DNA of 64,000 nt. Origin: an uncultured virus (IMG/VR IMGVR_UViG_3300049734_000160) (taxonomy: Duplodnaviria; Heunggongvirae; Uroviricota; Caudoviricetes). The stretch lies in IMG/VR virus record IMGVR_UViG_3300049734_000160. One strand, written 5' to 3'. Shown here one piece after another: positions 48,608 to 56,901 of the stretch (position 1 is the stretch's first letter; every line of letters starts with the position of its first letter). Both the position numbers and the translations under genes were made by a program. The notes below the pieces were generated by a model that was not told the origin of the DNA, made no database searches, and worked only from the letters and a program-made list of their open reading frames with translations.

Positions 48608-48892
48608 GTGAACGAAGAGAAACTACAGGACCACGGCGGCTTGCTTGTTCCGGAACCGCCCCGGGCCGAGCGCCGCGCCGGCGGCGTCATTCTCATGGAT
48701 GGCGTCTCTGTTGCTGATACGGTCATGTGCGTTCACTGCGGGAAACATTGGATTTCGCTGCCGGGCTCGGGCCGCATTCGCGGCTGGTGTTTCAAGTGTA
48801 ACGGGCCTTTCTGCGGTCCCGACTGTACCGAATGTTATCCACTGCAAAAGCGCCTGGATGATTACGAAAAAGGCAAGCTCCATTGTTTGTAA
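48608..48892 (+). CDS. Cys-rich zinc-binding protein
   Basis: CVHC...CFKC...CGPDC..C. Confidence 0.65.
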   Translation: MNEEKLQDHGGLLVPEPPRAERRAGGVILMDGVSVADTVMCVHCGKHWISLPGSGRIRGWCFKCNGPFCGPDCTECYPLQKRLDDYEKGKLHCL

Positions 48893-48900
48893 TCAAATCA

Positions 48901-50121
48901 GTGAAGGGAATCCGACCCGGCCGCCTTGGGTACTTCGCGATCGCCGGCGAAGTGGCGCCACCAACCTTCCCTTCGCTCGGCTACATCGATCAATTTAATC
49001 GCGCCGGTGAAGGGCCACCACCCTCCGCCAGTTGGACCAACAAGGTATGGGCCTCCGATTCCGGTAGTCTCTATGTCAACGTCAACGACTGCGCGCCCTT
49101 TGGTGCGGGTGCCGCCTCGAGCGCCTATTGGACCGCGCCCTTTGGTCCGGACTACGAAGCCTACCTGACCATCAGCAACATCGGCGGCGGCGCCGGCAAC
49201 ATTCAACTCTGGACCTCCGTCAACCAGGCCGCCAGCACTACCACCATCGACGGCTACGTGCTCTACGCCAACATCGTCGGCTCGCAGCTTCTGCTAAACC
49301 GTTTTGATAATGGCTCGCCGACGGCCCTGGCTACGATCTCGCAGGCTATCGCGGCCGGTGATTCCTTCGGCCTCTCGAAAATCGGTTCGACGATTAGGAT
49401 TTACTTCAAACCGGCCGCCGGCGCCTGGACCCTAAAAGACACGATCACTGACAGCAACTACTCTACCGGCTCAATCGGTATTCGGATTGAGAATGACAAC
49501 GGGCAGCGCGTCGATAATCTGGGTGGCGGCACCATTGGCGCCCCGCCTTACTCGTTTCCCGCTAGTGCCATTCTCGATAACTTTGATCGGGCGGACAACC
49601 CGACCGACCTGGGCGCAAATTGGACCAATACAGTGGTAGGCGGCGACGGTGGTTTTCGCATACTAAGCAACAAAGCGCGCAATCTGAGCGGTACCTCATC
49701 GACCGCCTGGTGGTCCGCCGGGACCTTTGGTCCCGACTGCGAGGTCTACGTGTCGATCTCAGGTCTGTCCGGCGCCTTCGAAGGCGTTCTGCTCCGCCTG
49801 GCCACCCCGGGCACCGGCGGCGTCGACGGCTACCATGTGCTCTGCGCCAAGGCCACAAACGTGATCCGCGTTTACCGGATTGATAACGGCGGATTTACGC
49901 AACTCGGGGCGGACATTTCACAGACCATTGCCCCGGGCGACAAGATCGGCGCCTCGATGGTCGGTTCGCTGTTGACGGTCTATTACAAATCCGGCGCCGG
50001 GGCCTGGACCGCCCTGGCCACCCGTACCGACGCGGCCTACAGCGCGGCCGGCTACCTCGGCCTCCGCGCCGGCAACACGAGCGGAATTGACCTGGACGAT
50101 TTTGGCGGCGGCTCGATTTGA
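48901..50121 (+). CDS. tail protein with two tandem ConA-like lectin domains
   Basis: repeated D.F.RA...WT..., FGPD.E.Y, GAWT...TD..YS, D..GGG; start uncertain (48883 or 48901). Confidence 0.7.
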   Translation: MKGIRPGRLGYFAIAGEVAPPTFPSLGYIDQFNRAGEGPPPSASWTNKVWASDSGSLYVNVNDCAPFGAGAASSAYWTAPFGPDYEAYLTISNIGGGAGNIQLWTSVNQAASTTTIDGYVLYANIVGSQLLLNRFDNGSPTALATISQAIAAGDSFGLSKIGSTIRIYFKPAAGAWTLKDTITDSNYSTGSIGIRIENDNGQRVDNLGGGTIGAPPYSFPASAILDNFDRADNPTDLGANWTNTVVGGDGGFRILSNKARNLSGTSSTAWWSAGTFGPDCEVYVSISGLSGAFEGVLLRLATPGTGGVDGYHVLCAKATNVIRVYRIDNGGFTQLGADISQTIAPGDKIGASMVGSLLTVYYKSGAGAWTALATRTDAAYSAAGYLGLRAGNTSGIDLDDFGGGSI

Positions 50122-50124
50122 GTT

Positions 50125-53100
50125 ATGCGACGTGCAACATTTCTGTTGGCAACATTTCTGTTGGCGGCCCTGCCGGCGGTGGCCCAACCGGCCACGCCGA
50201 CCAGCACGCCCCTGGCGCACCCTTTAGCGCCTAACCCACACACTTCCATTGGCGTCTTTTGGTATTACATGGACGCTAATACCGGACGCCGCTCCACTGC
50301 CGTCACTTACAAAGTCAAGCGCTGCTCGGGCGCGAGTTGCACGCCTACCACGGTGATCGCCAGCGGTCTAACAAACCAGGATTATCAAGACACCGGATTG
50401 TCAGTTAATACCACTTACGGTTACAGCTACGTTGCTACCTCGGGCAGCGATAGCGGCGATTCACCGGTGGTCTATGCGACCACGTTGGCGGCAGATTCCA
50501 ACATGGTGCAGTGGCCCAACACGACCTGGGAGAAACTGCTTGGGCCACAAGTGGAGGCCGGGTCGATCCCTTTCACCTGGTACAACTCAACGGCTACCAC
50601 CAACGGCGCCCTGCTGATCAGTAAGTATCCGGTAGTAGGACCGGCGCTGTTGAAAGGCACCGGCTCGATCAATAATGGCTCGAACATTCTCACCGGCACG
50701 AATACGCATTTTTTGGAACAAGTCGCGGCGAACAACCCCACCTGTCTGGACGGGATCTCGATCGGCGGGGTAAGCGCGGGCGCTATCGCCAGTGTCGACT
50801 CAAATACACAAATCACGCTCGCGAGCAATTGGACCGGTAGTAATCAGAGTGGCGTTGCGCTTAGCACGAATGTTCCCGGCATGTGCGGCTTTGGTGATCC
50901 GCTTAACGATTACGTGACCGGCAATCAGTTAATGTACTACGACTCGCCGATGGCGCTATGGCAGGTCTATTTCCGCACCGGCGATCCACAATACCTGCGC
51001 GGCGCGATCCAAGGTAGCGAATCAGTCTTTGCCGGCTATATGTGGCTGGGCCGCAATCGCGCGTGGAACGCCTATTCCACGACCACAAACGAGGACAACA
51101 TGCCGGCGCCGCGGAATTTTCAATTCTGCGGTTACTTCCTGTTGGGCCTGGCGGGCCATCAGGGCGTTTGGGATCTACTGGACAGGTATCTGAATGCGCG
51201 TTACGGAACCTTCGTTATAAACCGGCGCGGAGGGGTCAGCGACTTCGCCTTCTCACGCGAGAAAGCATATATGGTGATTTTTGCCGCCTGGTGGGTGATG
51301 GGTGCGCCCGATTCATTCAAACGCGGCGACGGCACTACCACCAGCGTCAACGGCACGACCGTGGTCGACGGCGATCTCATAGACGGGCGCCGCGACTACT
51401 ACCGCGATCAACTGGAGATTGACATTCCGGGACAGTTCACAACTGATCAACTGCCATATGGTAACTGGCTGGAAACGAATGCGGGCGGCGCCTGGGGCGA
51501 AAATGATATGACCCCTTGGGGAGTAGCCGGGACCGCCCAACCATTTATGAACGGTTTGATGGGTGACGGCCTGGGCTACTGCTGGCGGGCCACTGAGTTG
51601 TCGAGCAGTGTACGCAATAGCGCCCGGACCGTGCTCTTAAAATCAGCGGCCAACCTGGGCCACCGTACCTATAACACCAACATATACTCGGAAAACACCG
51701 CGCTACGCTGGCGTACCATTGCTTATTTTGACGACGGCGGCCACCGTTTGAATCCATTCGCCTTTCTCTTCGGCGGCGATTTCGCCATCCTGAACAATAC
51801 GCCGGACAACAATATGATGGCCCAGGGGCGCCAGGCCATCCCGCTAATGATCACGACCTTTGGCTGGGCCTGGGAAATGACGGGCCATCCCTGGTACAAA
51901 ACGCAAGGCGACGAAATGATCAATGCGGCGTTTGCCAGTACCGGCGAAAATACAATCGGCAGCGGCGCCGACAACGTCAGAACGCTATGTGACGCGACCA
52001 GCAATTTTAAGGACTACGGGCAATGCTACCGGAGCGCCGCGCGCTATTTCGGGCACCGGCTTACAACACCCTCGAGCCTCGGCACGGCCCCGGTCGTCAC
52101 GATGCCGGGAAACGTCACACTAACCGGCGGCGTGAACCAGGCAGAGCTAACAGCCTCAGTGGCCTGCACCAATACCCCCTGCGTCTATAAGTGGACGCTG
52201 AAAGAATATCCGCAGGTACGCGCGCGCAATACCGCGCGGCCGACGTTTTTCCCGGACAATGCGTTGAGCACAAAACTCAGCGGACTAGAAAGTGGCCCAT
52301 ATAAAGCGACCTTCTATACGATTGACGCCCTCGGGTTAGAAGGTCACGGCGAAGTAACTATCACCGCTGGCGACGGGCAATTTCCGCCGACGGTCTGGAT
52401 CGGTGAAGGGACCAGCGGAGCAATCACGAGTATTTATATTTTCTCTACGACCAGCAGTAGCGTAACCGGCGCTGTGCGTTCGTGCTCAATCGCCGGGCGC
52501 ACACTGTCGCATTCATTCAGCGCCAAAGCTCCCAAGGATAAAAGCGCGCCGACGATCTCGCCGTCGGCAACCACCGGCGGGTGTGGTCCAAACATAACCT
52601 TCACTGTATCGGGTTTGAGTGCCGGGTTATGGATCGTTAAAGACACGGTGACGGATTCGGCAGGGTTATCGCGCACCGCCGTTTTGTATATCCGCCACAC
52701 TGCGGAAAATCAGCCAAGCAGCGCGCACAACACGATCCCCGATGTGGCAGCACAACCGGATCACGTTTTGCCCGAGGGCAGCACTAGCACAAAGCTCTAT
52801 GTGGTGCCGTTAGATCCCGAGGGGATTGTCGGCTATCCGAATTCCGCCAGTGGTTACACCGGTGGTTATGATGGCGCGCCGCCCTGGCTGGTAACCGCGC
52901 TCACGCATAGCTGGTCGCAGCAGAGTGGACCCACTACGGCAACGATCACGAACGGATCGACGCTGCAACCTGAGATTACCGGCCTGAGCGCAGGCGTCTA
53001 CGTGTTTCGTTATAGCGGCACGGACCAGCAAGGGGATGTCGCCACTACGGACATCACCGTTACGGTGCAGGGCGATGAGCCGGTTGAGCCGACCGCCTTG

Positions 53101-53337
53101 AAGCTGATGGCGATCTGTACCTCCATCATTGTCGCCTTCTATTCGGTGCCGCTTTTGCTGATGCTGCTGCAACAGCGGTTGGACCAACGGCGCCGGTTGC
53201 GCACCATCAAACTGCCGCGCTTTATTACTTATCAATCGGTTATTGGACCAGACCATCGCAAGCAACTGCGGGCGCACCTGGACGCGACCTTTGAGCCTCA
53301 CCTGACTACCCGGCGCGCGAACGCCAGTAAGCAATGA
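50125..53337 (+). CDS. 1070-aa signal-peptide protein: FN3, helical aromatic-rich core, PKD-like repeats, C-terminal TM
   Basis: MRRATFLLATFLLAALPAVA-Q; YQDTGLSVNTTYGY; WSQQSGP...GLSAGVYVF; hydrophobic AICTSIIVAFYSVPLLLMLL then RRR. Confidence 0.7.
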   Translation: MRRATFLLATFLLAALPAVAQPATPTSTPLAHPLAPNPHTSIGVFWYYMDANTGRRSTAVTYKVKRCSGASCTPTTVIASGLTNQDYQDTGLSVNTTYGYSYVATSGSDSGDSPVVYATTLAADSNMVQWPNTTWEKLLGPQVEAGSIPFTWYNSTATTNGALLISKYPVVGPALLKGTGSINNGSNILTGTNTHFLEQVAANNPTCLDGISIGGVSAGAIASVDSNTQITLASNWTGSNQSGVALSTNVPGMCGFGDPLNDYVTGNQLMYYDSPMALWQVYFRTGDPQYLRGAIQGSESVFAGYMWLGRNRAWNAYSTTTNEDNMPAPRNFQFCGYFLLGLAGHQGVWDLLDRYLNARYGTFVINRRGGVSDFAFSREKAYMVIFAAWWVMGAPDSFKRGDGTTTSVNGTTVVDGDLIDGRRDYYRDQLEIDIPGQFTTDQLPYGNWLETNAGGAWGENDMTPWGVAGTAQPFMNGLMGDGLGYCWRATELSSSVRNSARTVLLKSAANLGHRTYNTNIYSENTALRWRTIAYFDDGGHRLNPFAFLFGGDFAILNNTPDNNMMAQGRQAIPLMITTFGWAWEMTGHPWYKTQGDEMINAAFASTGENTIGSGADNVRTLCDATSNFKDYGQCYRSAARYFGHRLTTPSSLGTAPVVTMPGNVTLTGGVNQAELTASVACTNTPCVYKWTLKEYPQVRARNTARPTFFPDNALSTKLSGLESGPYKATFYTIDALGLEGHGEVTITAGDGQFPPTVWIGEGTSGAITSIYIFSTTSSSVTGAVRSCSIAGRTLSHSFSAKAPKDKSAPTISPSATTGGCGPNITFTVSGLSAGLWIVKDTVTDSAGLSRTAVLYIRHTAENQPSSAHNTIPDVAAQPDHVLPEGSTSTKLYVVPLDPEGIVGYPNSASGYTGGYDGAPPWLVTALTHSWSQQSGPTTATITNGSTLQPEITGLSAGVYVFRYSGTDQQGDVATTDITVTVQGDEPVEPTALKLMAICTSIIVAFYSVPLLLMLLQQRLDQRRRLRTIKLPRFITYQSVIGPDHRKQLRAHLDATFEPHLTTRRANASKQ

Positions 53338-53349
53338 CGTTGAGAGAGA

Positions 53350-55974
53350 ATGCCGACACTTCCCACGTTAGTACCGCAAAGCGACCACCAGACGGGTAGC
53401 TGGGTCGACCATACCGGCAGCGGCGGGTTTTTAAGCGAAAAAATTGACGAAGGAATCGCCTCGGCCAATGACGCTGATTACATTCATGCGCCGGCCGACG
53501 CCAATCAGACCAGCGGCTGGTACCAGTGTGTGCTGACCTACCCGATGCCTAGCAACTTCGCGCGCATGCTCACCGCCGGCGTGCGCCTCCGCTATGCGCT
53601 GAGTGGCGCGCCGCCAGGCACCAATAAAGACAGCTACGGCTTTGAAGTCCGCATTATGAAGGACAGCATGGTGCTGGCGGCCGCGGATTCCAGCGGCGGC
53701 TGGGTTACCGCCGTAGCTCTTTCCACTGCGCTCCCCACCACTTTTACCGACACCGCCGTAATCAATTTCCCTTACATAAATTCGGCCGCCCTCAAAACGG
53801 ATTGGGACGGATGCCAGTTCTGCATTCGCCAAATCTATACGAAGGTCGGCAGCGCTGACGTGCACTGGATCAACCTCAGCGCCGTGGAGGTTACCGGCAC
53901 TTATCAGAGTGGCTACACCCTGACGGCGGCACAGGCGAGTTTTGCTCTCAATGGGCAGGCCACGGAATTGCGCAGCAGCCGCAAGCTCACTGCCGATCGC
54001 GGGCTCTTTACGCTGACGGGCTACAACGCCACGCTCACCCGTGAAGCCGCTCCCGTTCCCGGCTTCTGGATCGAAACCGATCAGGCGGGGACCTTCAAGG
54101 TCAAGAAACTTATCGCCCCGGTCTCGCAGTATGCCATCGCCGCCCACGCTCTGCCTGGCAGCTATGTGCTGACGGCCGCGGGAGGCAGCTTCACGCTTAG
54201 CGGTCAAGCGGTGGCGCTGACCTATTCCGGCAGTGGTCCGCCCATTGCGCGCAAGTGGATTGAGACTGACCAGGTCGGCACCTTCAAGATCAAGAAGGTA
54301 ATCGCGCCCGTCTCCCAGTACGCCATCGTCGGCTCCGCAATACCGCCGGGCGCTTACACGCTGACAGCCGGTAGCGGCACCTTTGCGCTTACCGGCCAAA
54401 ACGCCAACCTTTCCTCCGGGGTCGCCTTGCCGGCGGTCTATGACACGGTCACCGACACCAACGGTACTCTCGCCAGCGCGCACACGCCGGAACGCGGCGG
54501 CGCGCTTTCCAAACCCGCTACTTATCAAAACCTCGGCGTAGTTGAGATCCAGAACAACAAGTACGTCAAAGATTCGGCCGTCAACCCCACGCAGGCAGTT
54601 ATCTATTACTACGCGAACGACATTCACCGCGACGTCACCGTGCGCGGGACTTTTGAAGTGCTTTCCGTAGTAGCCGCTAACGCCGGTCTGGTGGCCCGGC
54701 TGCAAACGGGCTCGGATGATTACTACTCGATTCGTCACGATAGTGGGACCACCTGGTCCATTCGCAAGAGCGCCGCCGGTACCGGTTCTCAGCTTGGCCC
54801 CTCTGCTACTGAAACCCTGAGCGCCGGCAACACTCGTCGAGTTGAGTTCACGGTGGTCGATATCGGCGGCGTGGCCTATCTGCGGCTGCGGGTATTCAGC
54901 GGCGCCACTATGACCGTTGAGATCGAGGCTACCGACGCTACGCCACACCCGGCAGGTAAAGTCGGTTTTCGCTTCTCGGGCTCGAACACTGAGACGGCCG
55001 GCTACGCGATCGACGACATCAACGCCGCCAAAGCCTATGCGATGCTCGCGACGACGGGCACCTTTAGCCTCACCGGTCAAAACGTCACCCTCACCAGAAC
55101 GAGCGCTCGCACCCTCGCGGCTTCGACGGGAACATTCACCCTCACCGGCCAGGCTGCCAACCTGTTGCGCGGTTACCGGCTGATAGCGACGACCGGCACT
55201 TTCGCCCTCAGCGGCACAGCGGCGAACCTGTTACGCGGCTACCGCGTTACGGCCACGACCGGCACCTTCACGCTCAGCGGCACAGCGGCGAACCTGTTAC
55301 GCGGCTACCGCGTTACGGCCACGACCGCCACCTTCACGCTCAGCGGGCAAAACGTCAATCTGGTCAAGAGCGCCGCCCGCACCATGGTGGCCTCCAGCGG
55401 CGGCTTCACACTCGCGGGCCAGGCAACAAACCTGCTGCGGACCCGCCGGCTCACCGCCGCCACCGGTATCTACACCGTCAACGGACAGGGCACGGGTCTT
55501 TTGCGCGGCTGGCGCGCGCTCGCCAATGTCGGCGCCTTCACCATCAACGGGATCAATACAGGCTTTATCGAAGCCAAGACTTTTTCCGCCGCCACGGGCA
55601 GCTTTAACCTGACCGGCAACGCGACGAACTTCTCGCGCTCGCGGCGGCTCACGGCCACGGCCGCTATCTATACCGTCAATGGCAATGCCGCGACGCTTAT
55701 CCGTCAGCGCCGTTTGGACGCTGCGCTTGCGTCCTTTGCACTGACCGGTAACGCCACTGCCTTACGCCGCACGCGCCGGCTGGCCGTCAGCGTCGGCAGC
55801 TTCACCCTTACCGGCTGGGCCGCGACCCTCGTCTACGAACAAATTACCGAGTCACCGATCCTGGTGCTTGACGGGGAAACAACCCTGCACACGGTCAACG
55901 ACGGCTTTACGACGCTGCATGAACCGGGCGACGAGTTCATCACTTTGCACGAACCCAACAGCGGCAGCGGTTAA
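53350..55974 (+). CDS. tail fibre-like protein with about 22-aa repeats and a lectin-like domain
   Basis: repeats L.A.TGTFTL.G.AA.L.R. Confidence 0.7.
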   Translation: MPTLPTLVPQSDHQTGSWVDHTGSGGFLSEKIDEGIASANDADYIHAPADANQTSGWYQCVLTYPMPSNFARMLTAGVRLRYALSGAPPGTNKDSYGFEVRIMKDSMVLAAADSSGGWVTAVALSTALPTTFTDTAVINFPYINSAALKTDWDGCQFCIRQIYTKVGSADVHWINLSAVEVTGTYQSGYTLTAAQASFALNGQATELRSSRKLTADRGLFTLTGYNATLTREAAPVPGFWIETDQAGTFKVKKLIAPVSQYAIAAHALPGSYVLTAAGGSFTLSGQAVALTYSGSGPPIARKWIETDQVGTFKIKKVIAPVSQYAIVGSAIPPGAYTLTAGSGTFALTGQNANLSSGVALPAVYDTVTDTNGTLASAHTPERGGALSKPATYQNLGVVEIQNNKYVKDSAVNPTQAVIYYYANDIHRDVTVRGTFEVLSVVAANAGLVARLQTGSDDYYSIRHDSGTTWSIRKSAAGTGSQLGPSATETLSAGNTRRVEFTVVDIGGVAYLRLRVFSGATMTVEIEATDATPHPAGKVGFRFSGSNTETAGYAIDDINAAKAYAMLATTGTFSLTGQNVTLTRTSARTLAASTGTFTLTGQAANLLRGYRLIATTGTFALSGTAANLLRGYRVTATTGTFTLSGTAANLLRGYRVTATTATFTLSGQNVNLVKSAARTMVASSGGFTLAGQATNLLRTRRLTAATGIYTVNGQGTGLLRGWRALANVGAFTINGINTGFIEAKTFSAATGSFNLTGNATNFSRSRRLTATAAIYTVNGNAATLIRQRRLDAALASFALTGNATALRRTRRLAVSVGSFTLTGWAATLVYEQITESPILVLDGETTLHTVNDGFTTLHEPGDEFITLHEPNSGSG
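55207..55346 (+). repeat. near-perfect 66-bp tandem duplication in the fibre gene
   Basis: units start at 55207 and 55273; one mismatch seen. Confidence 0.9.
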
Positions 55975-55987
55975 GGAGTTTTTAGCT

Positions 55988-56392
55988 ATGCCAAATTTGA
56001 ACGACAAGATCGAAGGCTTTGTAGTGGGCGATGATTTTCAGGTTAAGCGCACCGTGAGCCGGTTGCCGGACGGACAGACCGTTACTAAAGCAATCCTCTC
56101 GGTGAAAAAGCGGTTGGACCAGGACATGACCGACGCCCTCTCGATAATCCGAAAAACGATTACCACGACTCTCAGCCCGGACGGTCAAATCACTAACCCC
56201 GGCAGCGGCGCTTATCCGGACCGCGTCGCTACCGTGCTTTTCAATTTCGACGGCGCCGACACGGACGATTGGCGCGGTCACACGATGTATTACTTCGACA
56301 TTGTGGTCTTTCTCAGCGGTGGTACGGACCAGACCCCGATCGTCGGTCGTATGACTGGACGGCAAGGTCCAACCAACAAGCTGACACCCTAA
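55988..56392 (+). CDS. BppU-like fibre-attachment protein
   Basis: GDDF...A.LSVK...DT...YYFDI; AAGGAG SD. Confidence 0.6.
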   Translation: MPNLNDKIEGFVVGDDFQVKRTVSRLPDGQTVTKAILSVKKRLDQDMTDALSIIRKTITTTLSPDGQITNPGSGAYPDRVATVLFNFDGADTDDWRGHTMYYFDIVVFLSGGTDQTPIVGRMTGRQGPTNKLTP

Positions 56393-56413
56393 TGCTTTTC
56401 AGATCGGCGAAGA

Positions 56414-56504
56414 TGGTTTAATATCCCGCCGAACAAATCAAGGTGGCACGCAGAGCGCGCCTGGCAAAGCCGTTAAAGCGGTGAGCCAGGCGCACTTCTG
56501 TTTT
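56414..56504 (+). promoter_or_regulatory. late-type promoter/leader/terminator element, copy 2
   Basis: homologous to 47112-47209. Confidence 0.7.
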
Positions 56505-56513
56505 AAGCGGGTT

Positions 56514-56885
56514 ATGAGTCAAGCATTAGCCGTGAAAAACGAGACGGAGCGCGAACTGCGACCCGGACAGATCTACGAACAGAAATGGAACGAGTCGCGT
56601 CGCGTCAAGATTCAGAAAGTAGATAAACGGAGCGGTGAAGTCTGGCTGGTGCGGGTTGGGCCAGCCCCGGCCAGCGCGATCGGACGACGCACTGTACGCC
56701 AGATTGACTCCTTTCGCCGGGCGTTCCGCTTCTTCCTGGAAGAACGCATTGTGGGCTACTGCGTGGGCTGCAACCGCGCTCTCAAGGTACGTGATCACTA
56801 CGACGAATCTCTGGCCGACTTTCGCGATGATCAGGGCCGCTGTTTTGATTGCGCCACCCGCACCGGGATGGGTCGCAAGCGTTAG
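56514..56885 (+). CDS. hypothetical protein with CxxC...CxxC
   Basis: ORF after the leader hairpin. Confidence 0.5.
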   Translation: MSQALAVKNETERELRPGQIYEQKWNESRRVKIQKVDKRSGEVWLVRVGPAPASAIGRRTVRQIDSFRRAFRFFLEERIVGYCVGCNRALKVRDHYDESLADFRDDQGRCFDCATRTGMGRKR

Positions 56886-56901
56886 CGAAAGGCCCTCTGC
56901 C

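Noticed and set aside
53431..55080. 549-aa antisense ORF and similar shadow ORFs (e.g. 61630..62610, 28238..28642)
   Set aside because: They lie opposite well-supported genes in GC-rich DNA and have no recognisable motifs.
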